Source of the DNA: Paragordius varius | Taxonomy: Eukaryota > Animalia > Nematomorpha | Length of the DNA: 64,000 bases | Assembly (NCBI GenBank): GCA_964247055.1 | Contig: OZ176056.1 | Coordinates: 8,184,001-8,248,000, forward strand | Reading direction: 5' to 3' | In this document: positions 48,507-61,900 of the stretch, in pieces | How the letters are laid out: each line of letters begins with the position of its first letter | How positions within the stretch are numbered: position 1 is the stretch's first letter | Translations under genes and position numbers: made by a program | Notes under the pieces: generated by a model | Seen by the model: the letters and a program-made list of their open reading frames with translations, nothing else | What the model was told of the DNA's origin: nothing | Databases searched by the model: none

Positions 48507-49539
48507 CCCTGAAAAATGCGTTACCATAGAATGACTTTTTAATTTTGAGGCAATTTTTCGAAACACGAGAGCATATGTAATCAATCATGATTCCAGGTAT
48601 TACCCGAATCAAAGCAAAAATTTTAATCGAGAGTATTTTTGTTTCGCCCCTGGTTAGGGGGCTACCCGCGTACGTAAAACTGCGTCACCATATCGATACA
48701 GCATGCATTTGGAGCCAAATTTTAGAAAACCTATGAGACTAATAGGAACATATGGAATCCATGATAATTCCAGATATTCCCCATATAAAGGCAATTTTGC
48801 CCAACGCCTTTTATACTTGCCCCTGAGTAAGTAGCTACCCGCCAAAAACTGCGACTATATATAGAAATTGCGTTGTTTCGGAGCTATACAGAAATATGAA
48901 GCCATATAAGCTCATTAAAAGCTTGAAATAATACAACTAGGTTAAAATTAAGGTCAAAGGTTTTTTTTATTAGCCGTTAACTTGGGGCCTTTATGCCCTA
49001 ATAATACACCATCATATAACGATTATTGAAGGTTGAGGTATTTTTTCGAATAACCCATGAGACGATGGTAACAAAGATTCTTTCAAATATTTGCCCTATA
49101 AAGAAGAATTTACCTTAGCGCTTTTTCCATATAGGTCTATGGGTAGGGGTCTACCGGTTAAAAACTGAGACGCCATACAAAAATGGCGTGGTTTTGTAAT
49201 TTAAAAAAAACTTAAGAATCCATACGAGGGCAGTTGAACACATTTCTGGGAAATTTGTATATCTTTTTTTCCTATAAAAAGGGACCACAAATGATTTACT
49301 TTTTATATCCCTTGATCCTAGCTGTGTGACAATTTCAAAATAAAACTTTTGACCATGATTTCCTAAAACGAAAATCTTAAAATAAATCCAATGATAGTTG
49401 AATATTAACTTTAATAAGGACCAGTTTCAATATGATCCATTTCGAGTAATTTTTAAGCCTATGCAAAACCCGGTAAAAGAATATTTAAAAACATTCCTTC
49501 TATTAAATATGTTTTTTATTATTAATTTATCTCATTTAC

Positions 49540-49614
49540 CTCTATTTACTGCAAATTATTAGGAGTATTTATCGGTGAGACTACACCACAGCGAGGCGTG
49601 ACAGGGCCAGCTAG
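49540..49614 (+). mobile_element. Helitron-like 3' terminus
   Basis: CTCTATTTACTGCAAA ... GCGAGGCGTGACAGGGCCAGCTAG followed by T. Homologous to 2085-2155. Confidence 0.5.
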
Positions 49615-51098
49615 TTATATATATTATTTATATATATTATAGCATCTCAACCGTTTATATCGTTTCCATCATGATTAAATTAATATGAATTATACTTTAA
49701 CAAAATTTTGCTAAAAATTGAATTTTTGAAAGTGTGCATTTTTAAAAAAATTCATTCAGTTGATATCGAAATTTAATTTATATATAAAATTATTGCACAA
49801 TGTCGGAATTTTTGCGTTTATTTTAAGAGAATTGTCCATTTTAAAAGAGCCAAAAAATTTGGGACTTTCAGAGCTTACATCTAAGAATTTATAATTTTTA
49901 GAAATATTTTTTGGTTTTTATATGTAGTTTATGTTATATTTTAGTAATATTTTTTGAAATAAAGCATTTAGCTTTCACCAAAAATATATTTAAAAAATTC
50001 CGCACTTTTTGCAATTTTATACGGAGCACCTGCCACAAAAGTGTAAATAACTTTCTTTAATAATTCTTAAAGGTTAAAACCAAAAGCACCATGATAATCC
50101 TGATATTTTTCTATCAGAATATATCAGGATATTTTGTGGAAACTGTGTAATATACCACACGATGGTGAAAAAACAGACAAAGTATGTTTTAATTTTTGCG
50201 CTCAAATTCAAAATATCTGGTCACATTAACATAAATTGCTTTGCGGGCCGCATTTTTCACTAATTCAAACGGCGAGCGCATTTACATATTATTTTAATAA
50301 ATTTCACACAGACCAATTATTTGCAAGACTTTGCCAAAAACGGCTTTTAAAGTATTTTTATACCTTTTAAAAGCTTCAATTTGATCAAAGTTTAAAATGT
50401 GGTATATATTAATATGACAAAAAGTTATTCGATGGGACGCTCAACTTATTAAGTTCAAGAAATAAATTTTTGAGTAAATTAAGGAACCTATCCATTAAAA
50501 ATATTTTGATATATGATTTATTTTTAGATTTTATATAAATAGAATATTTTTGCCAATTTTTTATTAAATTTATTTCAAAATTTTGTATTATTGCAATTTT
50601 CGGGGGGCCAGTTTACCTGGCTTAATCCTTTAATAAAAGGCAAAAATATGCTATACAATCTGTCTGCATTTTTCTATTTTTAAACAAAATTTTAATACTT
50701 AAGGGTTTTTGTTTCATTAAATTTTAATTATATCTGCTAAAAATAAAATTTAATTTTTTTCAACACGAATGGGTTAACAATGAATATTTTCAGATTAAAA
50801 ATAGATTTTGTTTTGATCAAAACCACGAAGGTTAAACATTATTATAGCAATAACATATTTTATACAAGGAAAATATTATATTTTCGAACCAGCTCAGCAT
50901 TTACATTACCGTTTATGAACTTATTCAATTTAAAAACCATTTTTATACCATTTTGTTTATACTCTACTATACACTATCCATTTCATTTTATAAGGAAGTG
51001 TGTGTTGTTAGTTCGTAAAGTTAATTTTAAATTTTTTTCATCCCAACGCTTAACTCTAAATTTTTTGTTTTCAACCTAAATTTTTTTTTGGAATTACA

Positions 51099-51590
51099 AT
51101 GATGAATTTCAGTATGAAATATTTAGCTTGTTTCACATTAATTGCGCTAACAAGAATGAGCTTTGGGAGGGCAGAGGATTGTAAATCAAAAGCATTGATT
51201 GATTCCACCAATCAAAGTTTAAGTGAAACCTTTAAAAGTGAGTCTAATTTTAGGATTAAAATTACGAATTGAATATTGAAAATTGATATTTTTAATATAT
51301 TTTGATATGTATGACTTTAGATACCACAAGCCTCTTACTTTTCGGTATGTATTAAACTAAAAAATATAATTTGTGTGTGTTCACAAAAAATTTTGGTGAT
51401 TTTTTAAACAATTTCATTTCTTAGATTCACATTCGATAATAAGGGATGTTCATACCCTTCAAAGTAAATTTATGTGTCAACACTACATTTTAAAGACAAA
51501 TAAATCTTTGACAGCTTTTTCGTTATATGCATTATAATATTTTAATTACTTTTATAGATTACACAACGAAAATAAATTTTAGTATGTTAT

Positions 51591-51651
<61 letters not shown>

Positions 51652-54600
51652 ATTGGAATTTTTTAAATTATTAAAGAAAATCTCTTTTGATTAGATTACT
51701 ACAATATATTCTTAGAGTTTTTTCTATTCTTTTTATAAAATATATAAACTTTAAAATTTAAAAGTTGAAAATTAAGTATACTATTACAAATTTTATTTTA
51801 TAATTTATAGTTATTGATCAATTCAATAAATCAAGTAAAGACTTATCATAATAATTATAAACCATTTAGATTCAGCTAATAAAACCAGCAGAGACCTGGA
51901 ATGGAAAAAATGTAAATAAATTAATTAAAATATACAAATAACTGTGTGCAAAATAATAAAATAATTTTTTTCATGAGATAGCTTATGAATTCCTTTTCCG
52001 TAAAAATTTTAGCTGTTTACGACTTAGTTTTTGAAATTTTGAGAGAAAATCGAAATCGGTCAAAAAGTGAAAATTTAGGATAATTAAGTATAAATCAAAA
52101 AATAATGATGAAATTCGAAATTTTATGGTTTATTTATTTTAGGACATGTTTTCAATATATAAATGACCTTAATCTCAGTTCAAACGATGGCGTTTTCTCA
52201 AAATACTTAAAAGACGAAATTTTTTTTAATGAAACACTTTTAAAATAATTTTTATCAAATATTTGCTAAACTCATACTAAAATCTTAACAATCATATATT
52301 TAGTAAACCTTTATACATAAAAATAAAACTATAAAAATTGTTTTTAATTTTTTCATTATTTTGTCATCTGGGTTATGAGTGTATAAAAAATTATTGTTTT
52401 ATTTTGAAATTTTACATAGCGGGAAGCAATATAAGTTTATACAAAATAGGATTAGTAACTAAAAATCCATACACATTCCAGTTAAGATATAATATGTGTT
52501 AAAACAAACTTGTACATAAATTTATAAGGATTTCCACTACTTGTAAATCCTATTAATTAATTTATATACTTTATGCAAGATTCCAATATATAACAGTAAA
52601 TTTTTTATACATTCATAAACCGGAGTTGCAAAAAATGAAAAATATAAACAAAATTTCTTTGTTTTATTTTGATAGATAAATTTTTGTTTGTGAATAAAAT
52701 ATGGATGTTGAGATTTTAGTAGTGAGTTTAGCCAGTAACTAATTTAAAAAATTATTTTTATATAGTTAATATGTTAAAAGAAAAATTAAGATATTATACA
52801 CACCTTAACTATATGATTTTAGCCTATTTATGTATTGAAAATATCTCCTAAAATGTTAAAAAACCATAATATCTCAAGGTTTATCATTATTTTTTGAATT
52901 AGCCCTAATCTTCATTTTTTGCCCAATTTTGAATTTTTCTTAATACTTCAACTAGGTCGTCAACAAACTAAAATTTTTAAGGCAAATGAATTCGATGAAC
53001 ATAAGCTGCTTATCCTTTTAATATATATTTTAAATGCGGATCTGCCAAGTACTGGACTTTTTATTAAAATATTTTGCGTTAAATTACATATACCATCAAT
53101 TCGCCCAATATGCCAGATACAAATAAATAATTAAATTTTGGTATAGAATGGGTCCTAATTGTCAAAAAAATCAAGAAAAATACCATCAATTAAAATTGGA
53201 ATATGTTAACTTATTTGAAAGATTTAAAAACCCAAATATCTTAGATTAACAATAAGATACACTCGAACAGGTCTTAAACAAATGGCTTTGCTTTACGGGC
53301 CTAAATATTTGCGTAAAAAACCAACGGCTGCATTGAAAAATATATATATGGGCATTAAATGTTTTTTTTATATTTTTAACATAAACCGTTAAATGCAGAC
53401 ACAAGATACGGATTGATTTATAATTTGTTTAAGAAATATCAATTTTAGATTTAATCGGCATATTTTTGCAAATATGCATTTCCAAATTTGACGCGGACCG
53501 CAGAATTTCTTGTAAAAATTTTCTCAACTTCATATAATTTGGCGTTTATTTAACTAAATAAATATAAGCATAATATAAATTCATTATCTTGATCGTGATT
53601 TAATTGCTAAGTTGTTATGGCAAAAAACTTATGGTTAATATTAAAAATTATTAATATGTTCTTACTCAAAATTTAGTTAAAGCTGCGCTAAGTATGATTT
53701 AATATATTCATGAATTGTACTAAATTATATTTTGTTTCATTTTAAATGAATATTATTATGTTTTAAGATCAATCAACGAACAAAGTGTCGGAATTGGGTA
53801 AATACTTAGATTATTTGTTATATCCGTATAAAAGGCTCATTATATATCTACTTCAATATTTTATACGCAAATTTTGAATTTGATTTCATACCTTACTATC
53901 CAAAAAAATTTAATAGTACATTAATTTTAAATGCAAGAATTAAAATTTAGAGTATTTTTAATCATTATTTGGCTATAATTAGAATAATATGCTAAATTTT
54001 TTTTGATTTGTAAATATACCTTTTTTTCAATCAAAATCAAAACTTTGGCTAATAAACACACAATGCTTGTCTATTCAAACTCTACAATTATTTTTAATTA
54101 AGTTAATAATTTTAAAGAATTTGATGGTTATAAATCAGGATATCTTTAATTTGAAATTATAGGTATCGTATTTTTTAAAAATGTTAAAAAAATTTCTTTT
54201 AGTCGAAGTTTAAAAAAAGATGTATGAATTTACGGTTAACGCCTACAGAAAGATTTGCCTTATATTTTAGTTTATCATTTTGTTAAAATCATATTAAAAA
54301 TAGATGTAGATGCTTAGCTAAATCTTTGTCAATTTTAAATAAGGAGAATAAAATTTTAATAATATTTAAAATTTTATTTATTTTATTGGATCATATTAAA
54401 TTTTATTATACCATTTACAGTTCAAAGTCACCCTAATTTATATTATATGTTTTTTTAGATTAAAATTACCTTTATATTTTAATCTATATATTTATAAAAA
54501 GAGTTTTCGGTTAAAATTAGAATAATACTGGAAAAAAATAATGTAAGCCATAATGATATATTTATATTAATAATGCGTTATATTCCGAAAACACATAATT

Positions 54601-57600
54601 TTTTAGGGTGAATTTGAATTGTTCGAGGGTGAATTTGAATTATTCAAGGGTAATTTAAATTGTGAATGGTATATAATAGATTAAATCTTTTGTGGTACTA
54701 TAATTCGGAGAATATATTATAAAAAGTTTCATTTCAATATAAAAATAACCGAAATTCTGATGCATTTTGGTGAATTCCAATGTTCATGGGTTTTTTTAGC
54801 ACAAAATTTCAAATTCTTAGAGTTTCTTAAACCTTAGCAATATTTGATAAAAGAATTGCCTCAAATGCAAATAACCCTTTTAAAGCGTTTCACGAATAGT
54901 TTAATGCCAACCTATTTAATATTTTTTTGAAATAATATTTATACATTATAACTATTTTTTTATCTAGAAAAAAGTATGTAATTTTTTCTATGGCTTAAAA
55001 ATTTTTTGTTTAATTTTTAATGGAATTGTGAACGATTTCATGTCCTAAATATGGAATTTTACTGTACATAAATATATATGTGTGTAAAAATTACATTCCA
55101 AAAAATGTTATATTAAAGTTAAAATTGATATTAAATTGAAAAAACGTAAATATATAAAAACAAATTTTTTTTCTAAAATACTACTAAACTTTTTAAATCA
55201 TAATTTTTTTTAACTAGAACTCATTGTTCAATATTACAAAGTATAAAATAAATCTCCACATGGTAAAACAATCAATTTTATAGTTTACAGTGGTATTTAA
55301 GGTTTTAAAAAGTATAGTTGTCCTAAAAAAATTTGTCTTTATTCTTTTACGTTTTATCCATATAATTTCAATTTTTAGTGTAAATATTAGATCTATTTTT
55401 TAATTATTTTGCGTTTTAGTGTTTAATAGTGCAAACTATTCACGAGATTTTAAACGGGAAATGTCTATGCTTAGTATGAAACTTGCTTAATTGTGTTTTC
55501 ACAATCTTATTAGGCCTAATTAAATGATGACTAATATAATTATTTTACATTAGTTTTAATCAATAAAATGAAAGGTAATTATTTATTTATCTAAATAAAA
55601 AATAGACAGATATGTAGCTTTTTATTTTATAGGTTAATTAAGCCAAGTCTAAACCTTTAACGGTTTTTTTTGTAAAAACCTCGTAATTTCTAGAGAAAAT
55701 GATAATTTATATTGTTTAAATATTGTCATATTTCGCCCATCTCTCAGGTAATATATGAATGCTATGTCACAAAAACAGATTGTCTTTTGCGTTGAAGCAT
55801 TCTCATGTAGCAAAATTATTTTGCCATGTTTTCTGTACCATTCCGGTCATTTTTTAATCAAAGCATGGTTTATAAATTAATCATTGTTGGCCACTTTGTC
55901 CATTAACAATTTCTCCTGCTTGGAAAATGTATATCATACGGCTCTGGTCCCACTAGTCACCATAAAATCGCAGGAGGGATTTGGACTTGGTGTTGATGGT
56001 TAGTTTGCCAAGGTGAAAGCCATAAATTTTCCCGTCTTGATAATATATAATAAACCCCTCTTTCATTACAAAGTAAAAATGATATCCTTTCGCGACGTCA
56101 AGCCGAATTTTAGATACTTTGCGATTTCGTAATTGACGTTAATTCAAAGGTCGGACCCATTTACCAAATTTCCGTTGCACGTTGATGACCATTGATTGTG
56201 TTTTCTGATACATGTACATGTAACGCGTATCCGAATTGCCGTTTAATTTGAGGTGAGTTCTCCAACAATTTTGCAATTAAACGGCTTTGCAGGTATGTGG
56301 TCTACCAGAACACCTCTACTCTCTTTCACATTGAAATCATAACTTTAAAATTTTTGAAACCATGTTTTACAGTTGGAATTTAGAGACGACAATGGCTTTT
56401 AACAGCCTTTTTATTTACGAGACAAGCATTATTGAGTCGCGCAAATTTATTTTTTATACAAATTCGAAATGTTTACTGAATAAAGTGACTGTGTGTGTGT
56501 TTGTCGTTAAACAATAGATTGGCAGGATGTTTTCTGTAAAAAATCAATCGTCTGCGCATCATTGATTTTAAGTTAAACCTTTAATGGCTCGACTACACCT
56601 GATTTTTACCAGGAAAAATAAAACCAGCTGATATTCAAAATATACAATATTAACGATTAGCTATTTAACACTGATGCAAGAAAATGAGGCGCTTGAAAAT
56701 TATTTTCTTTAAAAACGCCTTATATTTAGAATTTAAATATTAATAATGAAGGGAAATATATATGAAAGAAACTACACTAAGAAATAAAAAATTTTGTGAA
56801 AAAGGATGATTTATTTCTCATATAAATAGATACGTTGAATATAGTTTAAATAGCCAAAAATATGTAATTTTTATAAAAAATATAATTATTATTCGAATAT
56901 CTTAATCTTTTGTATTTAATATTAGTTCTATCAAGGAAATTGCAATCATCTTTGAAATGTAAGTTATTATATTAAATCTAAATTTTTGTCAAAAAGTTAT
57001 TTGGGACGAATTTTCAAATCCGATAAAATCCCATTTTTAAATAATCATTTGCAACAAAAGTAGTCAAATAAATGGAAAGTTATTAAATCAACAATCATAT
57101 AAATAATATAAAACATTAATTACTGGCGATGCGTTTCTTTTGAGGGCGGAAAACCGGAGGGCATAACCATTTTTAAAATATGTAAAAATGACATTGGATG
57201 TTTTTAATATATTAAAGGAGAATGTTGATTTTAAATCTAAACAAATTTGTTAAATTTGAAATGCTTTTTAAATTTTTTATATCAAAATATTACTCGATAC
57301 TTAGTGTTACATGAGCTCAAAACTAGCCTATATATGGTTAGAAATTTAAAAAAAATATCTTAACTTGAATACCTATATATAAAATGTTAATTCCGAATAA
57401 TTTAAGTCTGCGTATTATAATAATTTAGCTAGAATGGGTTTTTTTAGGAATAGATTCTCTTTTTTATGTATTTTTTCTCTTTTTAGCAGGGCTCTAAACC
57501 TTAATGGTTTTTATAAAACATTTTTATTATTACAATTACAAAATAATAATTATAAACTAAATATCGACAAATTTTCATAATATAATCCGCAAATTAAATA

Positions 57601-58906
57601 GCTATATATAAGTACAAAGGTAGGTAATAAGTATATTTGATCAACTATCGTATCTTTGGAGGAAATCTTTATTTAACTTTAAAAATTAATGCACCCTTAT
57701 ATTTTCCGTTATGGGCAATTGTTTAAGGACGCTATTAATATATATATTTATATTTTTGTTAAAATTTAGGAATATTGTAAAATTATTTAACTTAGATACT
57801 TTGAAAGATAATAAGAATATCGTATTATATTACGGTTTTATTTTACCAGTTTATTTCAAAAGGTAAAAGTATTTAAAGTCGGCTTTAAAAGTCTATCTAT
57901 AGCTTAAAAAATCTACGTATATAATTATTTCTGAGGTTTTCTTCAAATGTTAAGCGTAGATCAGTAAAAATTGTCAACATTATACGATCCATTTATTTAA
58001 TAATAATAATATAATATAATATTTAAACGACAAATTTTAAAATTAAGATGGTTGTTACATTTTGATGGTAAACGCGAACACAAATGTACAATCAATTTTA
58101 AAATATTTTAAGCAAAAAGTTTCACTACTCTTTTGGCAAATAAAGTGCAACTGGAACTTGGCTGATTCCTAAGAGTTTGAAAATGAAACCATAGGAATAA
58201 TTTTAGAACCAAAATCAAAACGCCGTTCTTACGTACGTACGGTGGTGAAATAACTGAATTCTTGTTATACACCAATTTAAATATTTTATATATTTTAGCT
58301 GTAAATTGTACTCTTAAAGGTAAATTCCTTAAAATACAGTATGCATTTTAATGGTTGCTTATTTCACACTATACTATAGTAGAGCAATTTGCAACACAGT
58401 AGTGTATGGAAAAAACAAAAAAATTGAACAAAGAATTTCCTTTCTTTTTTTCCATACCCTCCTGTGTTGCAAACTACCATACTATAGTGTGAAATAAGCA
58501 ATCATAAATTAAAATTCTACGGACAAAACATAACAATATAAAGACTAATATTTATTTTCCAAAAGACAACCATACTTTTTCAAGCATATAATCTGTTTAA
58601 TCAAAATTCTAAAATATAAAATTGGTGTTAATAATATATATCTATGTTTCACACTTTGCCATTTTAAACAATGAATTATATTTAAAAAATTTAAAAGTAA
58701 TTATCCTTATATTGTCTTGCCCGTATAATTTTATTTACTAAATGATTTATACCATAAAAATTAACATTATAAGGAGGAAAAAACGTAATAATATAAAAAA
58801 TATTTTTTTTAAATAACCAACCATACTTCAAACTCTAATTATCGTAGATTGCAGGCAAAGAAATAGAAATTTTAATTGTTAACCACACTCAATATCTTTC
58901 AAATCC

Positions 58907-58939
<33 letters not shown>

Positions 58940-61900
58940 AAAAAAAAGTTTAGATTTAGAAAGTATGGTTGTCTCATGAAAAAAATATTTACTTTCTGAT
59001 TCTCTATTCTGTCTGTATTATTTCCATTTAAACTGTAATAATTTTATAATTAGATATGGATAAGATGATGTGTAAGTTTTATAAAAAAAATTTCTAACAT
59101 TTTTAGTTTATATTCCAAATAATATAAATTTTGTTTTTTAGATGTTCTTTTATACCAAAAACTTTTGACATATGCCGCTAATGGTAGTAATCTTATTATA
59201 TTTCTAAAAATATTGAATTGATATTTGCTTTAACCCTGATTTATAAATCCTAAATGTAACAAAAAAGCTAAATGACGGATTGAAAATATTTTGTAAGAAC
59301 AGTTATTAAATCCGTGAAATAAAGATATGAACGAAATTTAAACTGAAAAATAAATAGAAAATTATATTTTACACTGAAAATACTAAATGATTGTGAAACC
59401 GTTCGTCAACACAATATTGGAAAATTAATTTAAATTTGAATGCTTTTTAGAATGGTTTTTTTTACCTTAATCAATAATAAGTATCTAACTATCGATAACA
59501 TGATTTTTATCAAATGTGTCTATGGTTGGTTCAAAAATAGAAAAGTTTTTAATCATGCAGAACAGAAAATATGAAATTATACAGACAAAATGCAAAAAAA
59601 TAAAGACACATACTATTAGACAACCATATTTTTTCCTAACTAACTATATAATACCATGTGTAAAATATATACCTAAATGTGTTACCAAGTTATATTACTA
59701 ATTTTACATTTATAACATAAAACAATGAGTAAGTTATATTTAAAAAACCCCGAATTTTAGTAATGCAATTTTATAAATTGTAGTCTTTAATTTTCATTTT
59801 ATCCGTATAAATTCAATTCTTACTGTATAATATAAGCAAGCATATATCGTTTAATGACAATTTTTAAACTAGGTGGAAATGTGTCTTTCCTTCCCATTGA
59901 TTTACAATCTAGGATTATATCTCTCATTCCAGGTATCTTATAAATACTTAATTTTATAAAGTTTCAAGAGTGCAAAATATTTTTTGATATGTTATCTATT
60001 TTTAAAGAAAAAAACGCTTTCAGTTATTATAAAAATTTACTTCTATTTATACAACATTATTTTTAATTTTTTACATTTTAAACAGAGGTGTTCAATACAC
60101 GGCCCTTTGAGACTTTATGTGTGGACCTGAAAAAAATTTGGATATTTATAATAAAAAACTTAGCAAAATTTATATTTCTCTATAGTTACTCTAAATAATT
60201 CTATCCATTTGGCAAAAACAATAAAAAAATATTTTATTGTGTATGCTTTTTTAGTCTTATCTTTAAAACCTAAAGCATCATTTATAAATGTCCATATATT
60301 GTAAGTCAGGCCCAGCGGGTGTTTTGAGTTAAAAATGTGACCCGCAGAATTCATTTGTGTAAGAAACTCCTGTTTTAAAATAACTAAATTTATTTCAATC
60401 AAACCATATGTACTTATGAATTAAAAGTTATAGGCAAATAATTTTTAACTAATTAGTTTGATAAAATTTGATTTTTTGTCGATTCTAAAGCACGAAATTC
60501 ACCAAAATTATTTGAGTCTTTTAAATTGTAAAATCCGTCCTAATTACAGATATTTCATATTATTTTAGCAAATTTTACGGTGAATGCAAATTCTTCAGGT
60601 TCTTTTACATTATATGGATATCTATTATATAATAAAAATCCTTACAAAAAATTTATTCCAAATACACCTATATGAATTTAATCAAAATATTATATTTATA
60701 TGGTAAAAAATTATATTATGGAATTGATTGGGCGAGTTCTGCTGCAATTAGGGAGAGACAGGTCAAATATGTCTTTTTAGAAAAAACTATGCATTCAAGC
60801 AGTTTTATAAAGTTTCGACTTTTTTTAGACAAAGTGATTAAAAATTAAACATTCTTGTAACTTTTTATGATAGATTTGGTTGACACAATCAACATTATGC
60901 TTCTAAATTATCGGGACATTGATTAATATGTTGTATTTTACATTATTTTGAACTTGAATTATATTTAATATACCATTTAAAATTCAAAATCGCCCTTGAA
61001 TAATTCAAATTCACCCTCGTCAAATTCACCCTAAAATAAATTATGAAATTTCGGTCTCATTAAAATTTATATTTTTATGGCAATGTTTATTATTTTTTCA
61101 GTATTATTTTGATTACATACAAAAAAATTTTGAAAAAAAATTTAAAAATATAGGTAATATTTATTATTGAAAAACACAATTTATTTTATGGAGAACTTGA
61201 ATTGTTCGAATTGTTCTAGGGTGAATTTGAATTGTTTAAGGGTAATTTGAACTGTAAATGGTATTAGCGGACAAGTACAGCAAAGTTTTAGATCATATCT
61301 GTACTTTGAATGGCTTAAGGGTGTTTAATTTACATATCTGTTGGCATGTATGAAATTTTCCGCTTTTATCTTAAATATATGACTAATAAAATAAAAATCT
61401 CATACTTGGTAACAGACATGTATTAGAAACACAGGCTTAATAACTCTCGTTACTGTATATAAAACATTGTTTCATGACATTTTTCGTTCATTAGAAAAAT
61501 TGGATGTTTTATTTAAGAATCTAGGTGATATTTCACGCGCCCTCTATATATTTGACATTTTAACGCTTTACTGACTTTGGCATATCAATTTGTTATTGAT
61601 TTAATTATTATAATTCAAAATCATTTATAACAATTATTATACAATTTGTAAAAATCACTTGCAAAAATCCAATGAACTTTATAGGGATAAAAAAACTAGA
61701 CACTAGCTTTAAAAGAGGGATATCTTTTTTTTTCGTTGATATTCCACGTTGTCCAAAATAATTCATCAATCATGGTTATTGTTTAAGTACTGTTAATTAA
61801 AATTTAAAAGTTTAAAAAAATCTCTATCCTTGATTTTGTCTAAATAACCTACCTATATTCAATAACAATTAAAAAATTATATATATATATATGTATATAT

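Larger units (their letters stand above)
43060..49230. repeat. Degenerate tandem array of about 325-bp units, split by the Gypsy insertion
   Basis: Recurring CCCT(G)AAAAATGCG and GGGTAG-N4-CTACCC motifs near 43126, 43454, 43781, 48652, 48826 and 49141. Confidence 0.7.
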
